This document shows positions 13,540-29,325 of a stretch of DNA of 64,000 nucleotides, one piece after another (position 1 is the stretch's first letter; each line of letters begins with the position of its first letter). A program made the translations under genes and the position numbers. Location of the stretch: the NCBI RefSeq assembly GCF_001194135.2, contig NC_068981.1, positions 107,335,878-107,399,877 on the forward strand, given 5' to 3'. The notes under the pieces are model-generated. The model did not search any database, was not told the DNA's origin, and worked only from the letters and a program-made list of their open reading frames with translations. This stretch comes from Octopus bimaculoides. Lineage: Eukaryota.

Positions 13540-16500
13540 TATATACACATATATATATACACATATACATATATTTATATACACAAATATATACATACAC
13601 ACACACACTTACACCATAAATAATTTAAAATATAGTTCCAACAAAACAGCATATCCCAGGAAAATATTCTGTATAAATAGTAAATATTTCAATAGTAAAA
13701 ATCAGCAAGACATGCAAGACACAGAATTGATAGCACATGTTGGTTTTAACACACACAAGCCATGCAACTACATGTCCCAAAACCAACAAAGGCTTAGAAT
13801 ATATCTGCGACATAACACAACAGCAGCCTAAAATTTCTCTCCTCAGTTTGACCTACATGAAAACGTAAAGCAAAACACAAATGTAATGAAATTGTTGCAA
13901 CATCAATTTTCCCTCCAAATCTCAACCTTGGACAGCAGCACAGATTTCTTTGAATAAAACACACCAAACCAAAACTTTCAAATGCTAGCCATATATGTCA
14001 AGTACATTTCTGGCAATCACTTGATCTACCAAGAGAATCCAATGCAAAATGTAGGATAGATGTTAAATGAGATGCAACATGCTGTCACATTCCAAATAGC
14101 TAATTAAAAGATGAAAAAATCTACAGCCAGCATGAAAACAAACGTCCTTTTGAATCTGCATGTCACTAAAACATTTTTGACCAAGTTTTTTAATAGAGCT
14201 ACTTAACAACAACAAATCTCAATTAAGTTCAAACTTAAAAGTTTTCAAGCTTCATTGTTATATGTTTCTGTTGGTCACACAATGTTATATTGGTTCATAA
14301 ACTAACTAATATACTTATTCTGGTGAAGGTGGTTGTCACACAATAGATACATACTTAGAAAAACTGTAGAAATACACAAATATGCCATCAACAAAAAAAC
14401 ATGTCCTCATAGGGCCTCTTGATACAAATTGTACAACTAGAGACTAAAAATAATGCACTGAGACTGGTCTAGTTAGTTAAACTAACCACATCACTGCACA
14501 CACAATTTAAAACAAGAATGAGAATTTATATTGGTTATACTTATGTGAATACTAATGATGAACAAAACCTCAACCTTGAGAATAATACTGGCAACTTGAA
14601 AACAGAGTGTTGTGACTCTGAAATATTGACATATAAATATTGTAGTCCTAGCAACAGGCTTTTCATTTGTTTATCACCATTTATAAATTTAAACATAAAA
14701 ATGGACAAATAAAAACAAATGTACAAAACATCTAAAAAGTTGATTTGCAGGTACTGATAAATCATGATCTACAACTGTAAAAGATAGGCCTTCAATGACT
14801 GATTCATGAATTCACCATAAAACAATATAAGATCAAGACATGGAAGTTTGTGGTATAGGAAACTGACAGAGGTAACTCCTTTTAATTTTCAAATCAATAA
14901 AGTAAAGTATTAGCAGTGTAATAGCAAAAGGATCAAATTTACAGAATCTAGGAACCTTTTGTTCATTAGCAAAACAGCCAAAACTTCATTATATTTGTAT
15001 GTAAAAACATTTTATCATGATATCTATCCATAAAAATTTATTACAGTAGCTATGAATAAACATACAAACAGGTATGTTATATTTAAAAAATTATTACGAT
15101 GTAGTTTAGTGTGTATTTCATCTTTTGATATTTTTACTTGAGTTTTGATAGTAAAAATTCTAAATATACATGGAAGTTAAAATATACTAAACTTAAACCG
15201 TATACTCAATTCAATACGCTTAAACTAAAAGCTTGGCACACATATTGTATCTGTATGTCTCAGCATGCATGTGTAAATATTTATATGATGATGTAAAATT
15301 CTTCTTCATTTTAGCTAAGTTTAGTAACAAAGACTCAAAAAAGTAGCAGAGACACTATAATGTAGGAAATAATTAGTTATATATAAAGATTATCACAGCT
15401 AGAAAGAGGTATAAATTCTGGGTTATATGGAAAAAAAAATATATTAAAAATTAGCAGGATTGTTTATTGAAAAGTTTGTAGACACAGAATCAAATTTGAA
15501 ATAAATAAATACAGAAATAATAAGTAGCATCTCATGGTGTGCATTTAATTTTTTCTTGATTATATAGTTGTAGTCTACAGTATAAAATAGTTACAGTTAC
15601 TGTTTTAAATTCTCAAAATAAGGGCAATAATAAAACAATAGTGAAGTGGTAGTAATCATACAGCACCAGACTATATGCCTTAAAGTATTGTTCCACTCCT
15701 CAACATTCTGTGTTCAAATCCTATAAAGGTGAATTTTTTAAATAATCCTTCTGTCTGATTAACATAGTACCAGTGATGTCAAGATGATTTCATCAAACTA
15801 AACTCCTTTTCCACAAGTTTATCATACTGTTTCCATATAAGAAATCAATATTAGATCAATGAAATAATAACTATTTCTATTGTTGAAGGTTTCTCATTTT
15901 TATGATCTGTTTGTTAAATGTTTTGAATAGTTTTGATGCAAAGCTAAAAACAAATAAATATAAAATTACATCTGTTAATTTGCATATCATTTTCTATTCA
16001 AACAATATTTCAGATAATGGAAAATATGGCAGATTGATGGGAAAACAGAAGAATATGTTCATGTGTAAACATGTTTTGATCAATAAAAGGATGCAGAATT
16101 TGATTCACACATTTCAGTTGTTTGTTGTAGATATCTAAATAGATTGTCTAGTGTGGACTGAGGATTATCAAATAAATATTTTACTTAAAATCATACTGGT
16201 GCTGCAGCACTGGCAATAATAGTCATTAAAAAAATAATATATATAGGTAAAAGTTTCTCACACGTGTACATGCACACACACACACACACACGCACACACA
16301 CGCACACACACACACACACACGCACACACACACACACACACACATACAGCTTTGTGGAGCTTTTTTTCCCCAAATAATTTGAAAGTTTTGTTGTAGTGTT
16401 TTAAATGAAAAAATTACAATTCCACTATAATTTTTCTTATCAGTCTACATTTCTGCAGCACCCAGTTACAAATACTCAGCACACTAGAAATGGATAATCT

Positions 16501-19500
16501 TATTTGAAAGACACTGAACTGATTTAATAATAGACTGTTCCTACACTGTAATTTAAAAAATTATATTTAAGATGAAAAAAGATTTAAAAAAATTTTTTTT
16601 CAAAGAAAGAATGTCAAACAATTTAAGCCTAAAAAGTGATAAAATCAAAATATGGATTAGATGCTAAAATGTTAGGGATAAAATTTTAAACTTTCTTTCA
16701 GAATAAAATGTTATAGCTAAAACTAGTTATTATTTGATTTAATGAGGGATAATTTTAGGAAATTTTCAATCTTAATGACTTTTTAATAAATTTGAACATT
16801 TTTCCTAAATTTCTTGAAATTAAGGATTTTTAAAAAAGATGTCCTGTATCCATAATGATATTTTTTAATAAATTATTATAATTCATTTCAAAATAAAGAG
16901 GTTAATAAATCCTGTTTAATTTAGTTACTCAAATTAACTCCAAACTTGTATTATATTAATCAGTTAGGAATAATTAGCTTAATTTATAAAAAGATATTCA
17001 TGAAAACACTCAGTTATGTCCAGGCACTCTATATGATTGTTTTATTCATTGTCAATGAACAAGCTCATTTAAAATGCTTGCAATAAGGGACAATTGTTTG
17101 TTTATAATTATTATTAACACAGGTTATTAAATATATAGTTATACCACACATGGTTTTTCAAAGGGGGAATATTTTGACTGTTTATTCAAAATATGTTAAA
17201 ATGTATAAAATGTTATAAAATTCACCAATTTCTGGTAAACACTTCTTATTGTACATACACTCAACACACATTCTATATTCTAATTTACAATATATCAAAA
17301 AAACTTTTAAAATCTATTAACTATTGAATTATTAAAACTAAGATATATTATTTTATTCAAACATTGATTTCCCACAATGAATAGTATACTTATTAAGAAA
17401 CTACTTATCAAAGTGAAGTTGGCTGTACTTAAAGAATGGAAAATACAATAAATTACAATATAATTGAAAATTCAATAGTATTACTGAATAATATTATACT
17501 ATAACAGAACTTGGTGAAATGTGAACTCACTACACTGGTTTAAGATGATAGGATAAAAAAAAAGGAGTTTGGACCTGCATGCATAATAGGCGATATTTTT
17601 GTTAAGAAAGACTGGGTACATCTTTTAACATCATAATATGGTTTTTCATTGATGATTTAAGAATACCAATTTCTAAAGTAGAAAATGTTGCAAATAATAT
17701 AAACTGAAAGAAAAATACTAACATATTGTGTCATAACTGTCAACAAAATGGGCTTTATTCTTAGTTGAAACTATATCACTAATGCAGCTAATATCCTTAG
17801 GAGAAGCTTTAGCATCACAACTTTATATTTCTATTATGCTTAAATAATGGAGCTTTGTGTTGAGTCAAAAGGAATCCATGACTAAAACCATAAATACCTA
17901 TACAGATCTATCCATAATTAAATTTAAATCTATGGAAAATACCTCTTAAAACATCTGACAGTGTCATGTACAACAATAGGGGAAAAAAAGAAACCATATT
18001 ACTTTGAAGAAACGAGACAATTAAGTCAGCACTAATTAAAAAATAGTACATGAAGTAAAATGATACATATCACAAAGGTCACATTCTGTGCTACATAACT
18101 ATGAAGGCAAAATATAGATAGTAAAGTACCAACACTTTGTACTAATTGATCTTCTGAAAGTATTCTATAACTTAAAGGATCACTGATAAAATTACAGAAA
18201 CAAAGTTAAAATGTTAAGTGAAAAATCTGATATATGAGCAGATGTTCTTAAAACTTTTTGCTGTTTCTTTTAGAATTCTATATCATACTTATTTTTGTTG
18301 CAGGTTCAATATCCTATCAAAAGGAAACATTTTACAGCTAAAAAAAGAAAGACCAAATTAATGTGGCTGACTACAGTTGTTAGAACCATACCAGTTCAAT
18401 ATGTTTAACTTAATGCCCAGAATTCTAAATCATAAATAATTGCATTTCAATGAAAAAGAGTGAGTCAGAGAAGAATGAGCAGCACTCATTCTTTTTTTCA
18501 GGGTTTTTTTTAAGCTGGTGGGGAGAAGTTAACTTTAGATGTGAGACCAAGGGCCAAGTGGTGGTGGCAACCATGCAATGTGTCATGTCTACTACCCAAG
18601 AACAGCAACATTCCTCTAATAGGTTTTTTCTCAGAGCTTCCTTCTTCTAAATTTCACTCACAAAATGGCTTAAAAAACTTGCCCAAGGTACTGTGCAGTG
18701 GAAATGAATTCAAAACTAGTTAGTTGCATAGTGAACCTTTTAACTACAGTTATGTTCATACTGTTCATAGGGATTAAAAGAACTGGCATAAAAAAGAGCA
18801 TTTCTAATGCATAGACATGGATTACATACAGTCTAAGAGAGTCTGCTAGTAGTCCACTCTCAGAATCTTTCCTACAAATGCCTGTAATAGTTCAAATTAT
18901 ACAATACTGTTACTGTATAGCAGCTGTATGTTTTCAATACCAGATACTAGTGAGAAACCTTACAAGAAAACTAGATGTGATTTGGATAAAAAAGAATGAC
19001 ATGCCTAAGCTTTTATAAAGAATCCACCAAATAGTAAAGTCATATAAACATAAATCCAGCTAATATCAGAGTGAATCATGCAATAAACTCTCTAATGCAA
19101 TAGTTAGGTTTTTTTTTTAGGGATGTACTATCCCTCTGAGCTCAGTATATTTTTGTTTTGATGTGTAGGACATGTGGTGTCTAAATTAAAATGAAAGTAC
19201 TGAGGTAACATTTTAAGGCATTGAAAGTGTTTCTGCAATTACTTAACCTTCTTGCTAAAGGTAGAGCTAAACATTTCACAACACTCTACAATCCATAAAA
19301 TAGAGATCACATATTTTAAATCTTGAATCTTTACAACATGCTAACCATAAAAGTTGTGGTGTTATGGTTAGAATTCTGCCTGAATGAGTGACAATGTTTA
19401 ATTCTCCACCCATCCCCCGAAATCCTACCAAACATATCATTTCCATCTGAGAAAAAGAGAGAGATAGAGTGATTGATCTTAAGATCCATAAAGACAAGAA

Positions 19501-19982
19501 GAGAAATGTTGTTGCTGATGATAAAAGAGTCTTTATATGCAAGTTTAAACCATTGTATTGTAGCAAAAATCTTGAGAAAGGATAAAGGGAATAAGATATT
19601 TGAGAAGTGGAATTTGAGCTGAAAAGTTTTGGAATTTAAAACTCAAGTGTTAGGAATATATAATAAAGAAGTTGTTATCAAATTTGTGCTGCTGGGCTGG
19701 TTGTACAGAATAACCAGAAAAGATTACAAAAGGAGAGAGCATATCAAACAACTTAAGACTTATGTATGTGGTTTAGGGACAACAGGCAAAATACTAAAAA
19801 CAGGCCAAGCTGGAGAAAAATGTAATCTAACCACTTGTAATACCTTTCAAATCAATTATTCATCTTATTTTAAGCGTCTATTTCTATATAAATATGTGAG
19901 AGAGAGAATAGAACAAATCTACTTTAGCAGTCTTGTAATGTTTTCATTAATGTACCCAGTCTTATTATTTATATACGTATAC

Positions 19983-20020
<38 letters not shown>

Positions 20021-23000
20021 CAAGTTACAGTAAACAGCACACTGACTCTCAAGAATATGGATGCTAGGTTGTTGGTCAAGCAATTTTAACTGTATAAAAG
20101 CAGGTAGTTGCCTAAACAGCATACTTGCAAATGAAGTATAAATACCATTTTGTCAGAATAGATGTTCACCCACTCACTGTGTTTGGCATTGTTTAGCACC
20201 AATGGTCGACTGAGAACAGGAAGATATTCCTTTGAACAAATCAAGGTTTTCAAGTTAGCCAAATCAAAGGATTACATTGTAAAATATCCAATGGGATACT
20301 AAAAATGGAATTTACATTAATGTCTTTCTAAAAAAGGAACGGAAAGTGTATCTTAATAAAAAGAAAATAAAGAAACAATTATGTTAGTTCTGGATAGAAA
20401 CAGGATGCAAGAGTGAGTTTATATATAGACTAGCTATTTGAAAAAGTATAAAAAGAAGAAAAAAAACTACGAATAAAATCAAGAATAGTCTTTCTTATGA
20501 TGTCAGTCAGGTCCATTTAATATCTGTGTATAGTAAAAAAGAGTGTAGAGTAATAGAATTGTCTACATGAGAAATTAACACTGAAACACGAGTGCCTAGT
20601 AAATTATGTGAAATTTATGGACATTTGGAAGCTTATGATAATGATAGAATATGCAACAGAAATCAGCTAACTTGCTGAGAGATAACAGATGCTTAAATTC
20701 GTTCCTTACTATATGTATCCTCAAGACTGAGATAAAAAAAAATATATATAAAGCATTTGGTATGAAAATAGTACTCCATTATCATAAATCTATAAATTGA
20801 AAGAGGCTGTCCAAAACTTCAAAAATTTAGGCTTGTGAATTCAGTATATTCTAACAAACACATAATATAGCAAAACAAGTTTTAGTATTATGTTAGACTC
20901 TAACAATTTTTAAAGTTGATCTTGAAAGTATTGTTTTAGAAGTATGAAAGATGTGCTGAATACTATTGCACAACCATAACTAGAACTGGAAACAAGAATT
21001 TTATACAAAAAGTCATCAATATAAATGTTTATTTTTGTTTAGATGAGGTGAAGAAAAGCATGAACATTAATGTAGTGAAGAGAACATTAAGCTATTTATA
21101 AATTAAAATTTTGGAAAATTTTCCCAAGGTTTTAATGATTCTCAATTAGTTTTAGATTTTATTGAAACTGCTTCCTTTCAGATTTAAAACAGACTACATA
21201 TTCACAATTTTCACCAAACAGAAAAATAACATATACTCAAAGGGATAAACCAGACAGTTGATATATTTCTGACAGTATTGGAAACTATTTCATACACTCG
21301 TCATGATATAAGAAAATGCTTCAGAGTTATGACTTGGTAGTTTCTATGTGTAGAAAAGAACAAATACTGTTTTTGATGAAAATGTGATTGTGCTTTTCCT
21401 TGCAAAAAACACAAAAACAAATATTAATGGACTTAATCAGTAATGCAATCAATGAGTTGATTAAAAAGCAGTTAGAAAATGAGAAAGCTGATGTTGTAAT
21501 GGCAAAAACCCTTTCCCAAGATAATAAAACACAGATAAGAGACATCTGTTATGTAAGGGGAGTGATCAATACATAGTGGCATAGTAAGTGCCAAGATTGA
21601 TTGGGAGATGCTCAAAAGAAAATATTTTGATATTTATAGGATTTTCTCTTCACAAAAAAGGTATAAAAGAAGCAATAAATATAGATGATCAACAAAGTCT
21701 AGAAAGAAGAGCCAATATGATTAGATATATCTATAATATAAATAAAAAAGGATAGACTGTTTAGATAAGCTATAAAAACAACTAGCAATTATGAAGATCA
21801 GATGTTTTCTGCAAGAGAGAGATAACTTCAATCACATAGACATTCAGGAAACATGTATAAGAGTTGAAGTGAACACAATTTGTGGATCAAATGATCAGTG
21901 GTTATCAAATAGAAATACTGTAAAGCTCAATATAAAAACTCACAGCAAAGTTGTTTAGGTTAAGACATGATAACAAACAACTATCTGAAGAGAGCTGATG
22001 ATTCTATAACACAGAATATGGATACAAAAATTTTGATTGATACAATCATTAAAAACAGAATATTGCAGCAGATTCAGTACTCTGTTACTCTCTCTCTCAC
22101 ACACACACATACACACAATACAATACACACACAATACAATATATATATATCTTAATATATAAAAATATATATGAAGTAAATAATGATTGTAAAGCAGTTT
22201 TAGAAGCTTATCATCAAACTTTACCAAATTGCAGACTACTTCCCATCACTGGAATTGGACACATGTTGGCGAGTCATCATCATTTAATATCCACTTATCC
22301 ATGCTGATACATCATAATATTACAGTATATACAGACAGAAAATTCTGCAAATTTGCAAAGTTGATGGAAAACTTCCTAAATTGTTCAATAGCCCCATCCA
22401 CCTTACACACTATAGGTGTAGTTTAATATTCAATTTAAAAAAAAAATCAATACACTTTTGAGATATCCAACAATTTATCATTTCAAAATGTAAAACATTT
22501 TATGTGATATTTTAAATTCCAAAAGCCATAAATGTTACAAAATTGCAAATTAACCTACCAGCATTACAGGAATAACTGGTCATGTAACAGGACTTTTTGA
22601 CTACTTGAACAAATATATTAGAAAGTAGAATAGGGATTTAGAATATATTTAAAATCATGTAAGCACATACCTATACACACACTGAATTCAGTTATATGTG
22701 CAGGTTAAGTTTTATGAGACTGACAATCCTAGCATTAATTCTTTTAATTCTCTTTTGAAAGGGTCTGGCAACAATTTCTTTTCTAAATTATAATCTAAAA
22801 CATTTTTAAAAAAACCTTTTAAAGAATTAACATTGCTTTTAAACATTCCCTTATATCTCACAAATCAAATAATCATTGAGCACTTTTCTCTCCTTCTTAT
22901 TAAGTTATGAGATACATTTTGCAATTGTTTAATTGTATTTAAAGCTTCAATGTGTGGTACAGTGGCAAAATTGGTTGAGAGTTGAGCAAAATACTTTCTA

Positions 23001-24276
23001 GTATTTAGTTATGTCACTTTATGCATTGGTTTTCAATTATTTTTTAGTGAGTTGATTTTCATACAAACCATTGAAATGAAACTGGAACAGAAGTTAGGCA
23101 GCTCGCCTAAATGCACAATACACTGGCATGAATAGCATTTGAATCAAATTTAGATGCGCATTAACCTTGCAATTATTTTACATATTATATAAGAGATTGG
23201 AATTTAGAAATAAAATATCAAATTTCATAGTTATGTTTGTTTTTGAAGATTTCATTTGAAATTTAAACAATTATAACTAATTTTCATTAAATAATTATTT
23301 GCTCAAACTAAATTTTGCAGTAAATTTTGATGGTTTGGGATTTAACTGCAATTGTCAAGTTAATCTGCAATAGATATACTACACAATAGCTTCTACTGTA
23401 AATAGTTAAATATATTATCAAACATATATATCATATAAATTGAGCATTTCTAACAGTCTTTTAATGAAAAGTATGTTAAAATTATTGTTGCATAAATTTT
23501 AAAAGTATTTAGAAAAAATTTTTGTATAGTTGACAAAACTGAAAAAAAATTGTATAATAGGCTATATTTTCAAATAAAAGAGTAAAAAAATATGCATTTT
23601 AAATTTATACATATTGTTATAGATCTTTTCATAAATTTCAAATTATTCACTCACAGTACAGTCAAATGAACATTACTTCTAATGTAGAAACATGTAGATC
23701 TATCATGTAAATCTATGATTAGTTGTCTATTAGAGTTGAATACATGGCTAAATTTTCATTTGTTTAGCAAAGTAAATACAAATGACTTCATACCTTTAGA
23801 TTTTTGTTCTAAAAATATAATGCCTCAATGTATGTTACAACAGTCTTCTCTTCTTGGTTACTAATCTGCTTTAAATTAATCCATCAGAAGGAACCAGATA
23901 TAAGCCTAAGGTCAGCTGAAACATGGTACAAACAAATTAAAGGAACAATGATGCTATGTTTAAAGAAAATAACTTACATTAATATTCATCAGAATGTTTC
24001 AGATCTAATACAGTTATAAATAATCATAAAGATATACATTCATATTTCTTTCCATTTCATTTTTAAAAAAACATTGCAGCATTAGATGCTTCCAGAAAAA
24101 ATTTTTTAGATGTATGATAAAAACCTTTTGAAGCACAGTGGATTTAACCTCATGATAGAAACAAATCAAAGAATTATAAACCTATTCTTAATATTGGTAA
24201 AGTCATTTTCATTATGAAGTTTTGTTTACTGAAGAAAATAAGTGGATATTAAAGGATATTATGACATCTGGTTTAC

Positions 24277-24327
24277 TGGCAATAAGACTGTAATCCTGTC
24301 CTGTTCTCTATGAAATTTGGAATATAC
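24277..24327 (-). CDS. Candidate exon C of unassigned intronic transcript (51 nt, phase 2-2): YIPNFIENRTGLQSYC
   Basis: Acceptor tttgtctacag, donor gtaaac; open and phase-compatible with 25813-25908 upstream and 6867-7083 downstream. Confidence 0.5.
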
Positions 24328-24847
24328 CTGTAGACAAATATATATAATTACTCTTCAGTGATATCTAGTATAACTACTAGTGTATACTAATGTATTAATG
24401 TAGTATAACTACTAGTGTATACTAATGTATTATTGTAGTCCCAGTGACGGGACTAAGCAGTTGCTCAAACAATCACTAAAGCCAACTCAAATCGTTAAGA
24501 GGCTTCTACGTAGACACAGAAGCCACTAAGGGAGCATGTACATTGTTTCTTCATCTGTTAGAGTTAGCAACAAAATCTTCCTCAAAATTCAATTAGTAAA
24601 AATTTTAAAAATTTAATTATGTGTTGCTAAGAGGACAAGCAATTTGATTTCATAATCTATAAATTACAGAAATAGCTCCAATAAAGTACAAAGTTCTAGT
24701 GGTATTCAAATTAATACTAGGAGTATATTTCATACCACACAGGTTTTACAAGCTAGAAGAAATAGATATTTTCACTATATGGGTAGAAATAAAAAAGAAT
24801 AATAATAAAAAAAAACATCAGAATTGTGATAACTATGATTTATATAG

Positions 24848-25037
24848 GAGGTGCCGGTGGCACGTAAAAGCACCCACTACACTCTTGGAGTGGTTGGCAT
24901 TAGGAAGGGCATCCAGCTGTAGAAACTCTGCCAGATCAGATTGGAGCCTGGTGCAGCCTTCTGGCTTGCCAGTCCTCAGTCAAATCGTCCAACCCATGCT
25001 AGCATGGAAAGCGGACGTTAAACGATGATGATGATGA
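24848..25037 (+). mobile_element. RTE 3'-UTR/tail fragment with (GAT)n (others: ~1080-1270 +, ~32130-32260 -, ~46275-46455 -)
   Basis: ggaagggcatccagctgtagaaactctgcc...catgctagcatggaaagcggacgttaaacgatgatgatg, the same sequence as the 3' end of the LINE at 12150-12316. Confidence 0.85.
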
Positions 25038-25812
25038 CAACATTTGTAAATGTTTTATTTGTATGATGTTAAGTAAAGATCATAAAAAAATATTTAGTAT
25101 GAAACTAATGGTCACCATTATCTAAAAAATATATGACCAACATCATTTTGCTAAGCAAGTAACTAAGATAATCATGTTAAATGCAGATGTGAAATAAATA
25201 TACAAAAAGCTATCAATCAAGAAGATTATCATAATATATTTGCTATTGGGCTGATTACTGATAAAAAAATATTTGATTTAAAAACTAGATTGTACTATAA
25301 GGAATGGAAAAAAATTTTAGCCTAATACCTCTAAAACAAACTTAAGGCATTTTTCCATGTGTTATCAATTTAAATTTATTTTCCAGTTAATACATCTCTT
25401 TCGACTGAAGTTTTACCAGAATGTAAATATACTTCTTTTTTATGTCTTGAATCCCAAAATAATGATTTTGTTCAGAAAAAAATACATGACAGCAGAGATC
25501 CCTGTTTTGTTACCAAAAGGAAAACCTTTCTTTCACCCATTATGAATACAATATAAAATTCAAAGGCTAGAAATGTACTCTCAAGAACCATACAAATTGT
25601 TCATAATCATCAGTTGTTAAAAGCTCAAAATGAATATGACACACTCTCCACATAATATATGCAATTATTAATATTACTAACTGTATAAATGAATTTCTTC
25701 ATTCACAATGAACATAAAACTGTCAATTGTGAAGCTATTATATATTGTTAGAAACTTATACTAATAACAAACCACTTATTCTTTAGTATATTTAACCTTC
25801 AGATTTTCATAC

Positions 25813-25908
25813 CTAATCTCTTCCACAGCAACATTTAGTTGCAATTCAGTGACAGACTTCACAAGGTGAGCCAAGTGTTGGCACACAGAACCTCTCAAAA
25901 ATCTGGTC
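25813..25908 (-). CDS. Candidate exon B of unassigned intronic transcript (96 nt, phase 2-2): TRFLRGSVCQHLAHLVKSVTELQLNVAVEEI(R)
   Basis: Acceptor aagtttcag, strong donor AG|gtatga; open and GC-richer than flanks. Confidence 0.5.
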
Positions 25909-27025
25909 CTGAAACTTTCTGATGGCTTTATTCTTCACTAAAATAGTTCATTATGAATATGGAACAAATGGTTCTACAACTGAGCTGGGTGGGACAAAAA
26001 TTCAAATTGCATCCTATCAATTATATTTTGTACCTGTGTTACAACCAACCTCTTACCATTTTTATTACTTAATTAAAAAAAAAAATTAATAATATCATTT
26101 TGTTTTGTTTTAATAACAAATGACAAAGATGTTCCTATATCAATCCAATCCAATTTAAATGTGCTAAGAATATAAGAAAACATGGGGTACAGACACTTAA
26201 TTATTCTATGCATATAATTTAATTTATTATTTTCCGATGTACATTAAAAGTCAGGAGTTTAATATATATTAATTGTAAATTAAAATTTCCTAAAACATTT
26301 TAATAGAAATATTATCATTAATGGATCACTAACCAGATTTAAGTATTATCATACAATATTGAATATAGTGTTTTGTACAGGAGTGAATTGCCCAAATGAG
26401 CACAATTTTGTAATAAAAATGTAATTTTAGTTTTAGCAAAAGAACTAATGCCTTTTTAAGGAACAAAATAAAGACAGCAAAGTTTATAATTCTAAGTTTT
26501 TGGTAATCACCTTACCAACTATATCTTTTGTTGCTTTATGGTTTACTATAAAGAAAATTTAAATGAAAACAACAAGTGGTAATGTAATATGTGACAGGTG
26601 CGTTATTAAGAGAAAGTTTATTTTATAAAATATTGCTTTATTAAGAATACTGCTTTGTTTATATACATATGTATATACATATATTTATTTATTTTATTGA
26701 CCATATACACTCAATGTACATGTTTTGTTTGTTCACTGGTTTTCTGAAGTATAGCACTTGAGGGATGACTCTCTCATCCCTAGTTCAATTCAGGCATGTG
26801 ATATTGATAAGCCACAAAAATGGTGAAATACCATCACTCCTGAATTCGATCGGAGGCAAGTTGTCTCACCTGTCTATGACTTCCAGGAGTTTTAATAACA
26901 ATGAGGAAGTCCTCCCCTAAGCACTATAGCGCACCGAAATGGCAAACAAACAAAACACATACATGGAGCATAGGCAGTCAATAATAATTTTCTCAACACT
27001 AACACTGTTTTCAATTTGTCATTGA

Positions 27026-27067
<42 letters not shown>

Positions 27068-29325
27068 CAGTTGATATTGAAAACTGGCATCCATCAGAAA
27101 TTAACTAATTGAAGTCAATACTTGATGGTTAAAATATTAAGGCTGTATTTACTTTTGCTTTAACTAATAAAAGAAGCCAGTTTAAAATATCTTAATCTCA
27201 AAAGTTTATACAAGAAACAGGAACTCATTGTAGTCAAGAGACCAAAAGAGAACTTCTATGTGACATTCAAGAGATATTGTCTTCAAATCAATCCTTTCCA
27301 TCTCAAAAGAAATCATATAGTCCTAATTTCCTCTCTAAACTGATGGTAGATGGTTAATGCTTGGAACATTTTTGAAAAATACTGTTTATCAGAACCAAAC
27401 AGGGGTTAAACAATGACAACATAAATATATCAACAAAAAGGATATATTATTGTTGAAGATCCTGTACAGAAGACATTTGACATATAGGAAAATATGCTAA
27501 TTCACATTTCCACATTTTCTCATATTTCCAATGCACTATTCAAAAAATATCTAAATATGATTTCTTATGTTGTGAATTATTACAGTGGTAGAGGATAAAA
27601 AATGGCTATTTCTTTCATTCAAGTTTATCTTACTGTTTTTAAGGAAAAGAAAATCATTCTAGAAATCAATTTGAAGACTCAGTTACCAAGAACTATCAAC
27701 CGAGTCATGGTGTTCATAACAATGCAATTTAAAACAAAAACAATTTGTGTTTATAATTTATTAATCAACATGAATTAAGTAGGGAAAAATTCTAACATGA
27801 AATTATCATTCTTTTATGCACAATGCATATTTTAGAAAAACAAATTTGCAAGGAATAATTTGATGTATTATATATTTTATTTAGTTTTAGTAAGAGCCAT
27901 TCTACTTTGTCTGCACCTTATATCATAACTCATGCCCAAGCAATAGAGGTAGAGTGGTTGGAACTATGCAAACACTAAATTTTTTAACAACATGCCAATT
28001 GTCATAACAATAATGTAGATTAATAGAAAAAGTAAACAACAAAGCATTAAGATATCTAAAACCATGATCAATTTAGGCTTTATCTAAAGACAGCATATCT
28101 ATTCTTCACTTATTGAAAAAATAAAAGTTCTATTAATTATTAAAGAAAAAGAGATTATTTATTTTAATATTACTGAAGGCTCTCAAAATTGGTATATGGT
28201 GAAATCTTCCTTGAAATAAATTTTCATGAGAGAGAGAGAGAAAGAGAGAGAGAAGCCTCACTGAGAAAAGACTTAGATTAGCAAGTATGATAAAACAATG
28301 GACATCTTAAGAACAATGCTTTTATACATAGATAAACAGAAATTTTAGATCAAAAATTCAAAAGTCAACATTCACCTAATTATAAGAAAATGTCATGAAC
28401 ATGTAAAGGGAAATTTTCTATCCAAGCCTTTAAATTCCTTTATTTTAATTTATTTGGCTGTGTTAACAGTTTTAACTACTCTCAAAACATTTTAAATGCA
28501 ACTGCTTCATGTGCTTCATGTTTGCAATGGATAAAAAAAAAAAAAAGTAAATGTTCATCTAGGAAAATAGCATATCTATCTATAATGTAATGGGAAAATG
28601 ATAGATAACAAAGTCCCTGAAACCTCAAAACAACACAGTACTTTGGATGTAATAATGCTATTTTGTAAAATAGAACATTTTTTAAAAAGCAACCCCTCTT
28701 TAATATTTCATCAACATTTGTTTAGCTTGCCAAACAATGTTCAATCAAATGTAATTGATTAATGTATAAGGCATCCCATTTATTCAGCTATTGTAAATTA
28801 CTAGTATTTGAGTTTTATATTGTTATAATATCTTCATATAAATTATCTGTCAAAAAAATTCACAGAAAACCTTTGATATCTGACAAAAGGCTCCATAACT
28901 AAACAACAATTCTATTGATTGAGTAAATTCCAATGTTCTCATTATTATTATTATATACAACTTATTTCTTATACACAAACTGTTTAGCAATAAGATTTTA
29001 GAAGTCCAAATGACAAGCCATTAAACAGGATTTTTCTAGCTCTAATTATTTAATAGATTTTAAAATTTTATTAATATTTTTTTTTTTTTTAATAGAGAAT
29101 TCCAGTTATGCATTCTGTTTATTCTTTATATTAACAAAAGTATCCAGTATATGGACTATTAGCAACAGCTACCAAACTACTCATTTGTTTTAGAGATAGT
29201 TTTGATGATCAACTAGTCAATTATTTTAATTCTACTTTTAGATAGTTTCAAAGTAAGACAAATATTCAGTGCATGAGTAAGCTGAACTGTGAAGTAGAAG
29301 TATTTGATCAGAAGTCAAAACATAC

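Noticed and set aside
19629-20033. 134-aa plus-strand ORF
   Set aside because: It runs into a (TA)n tract with no recognisable motifs or splice context; at most an ancient LINE remnant.
26760-26960. Candidate exon with gtgag donor at ~26870
   Set aside because: It lies inside what looks like a SINE-type dispersed repeat, and the acceptor context is poor.
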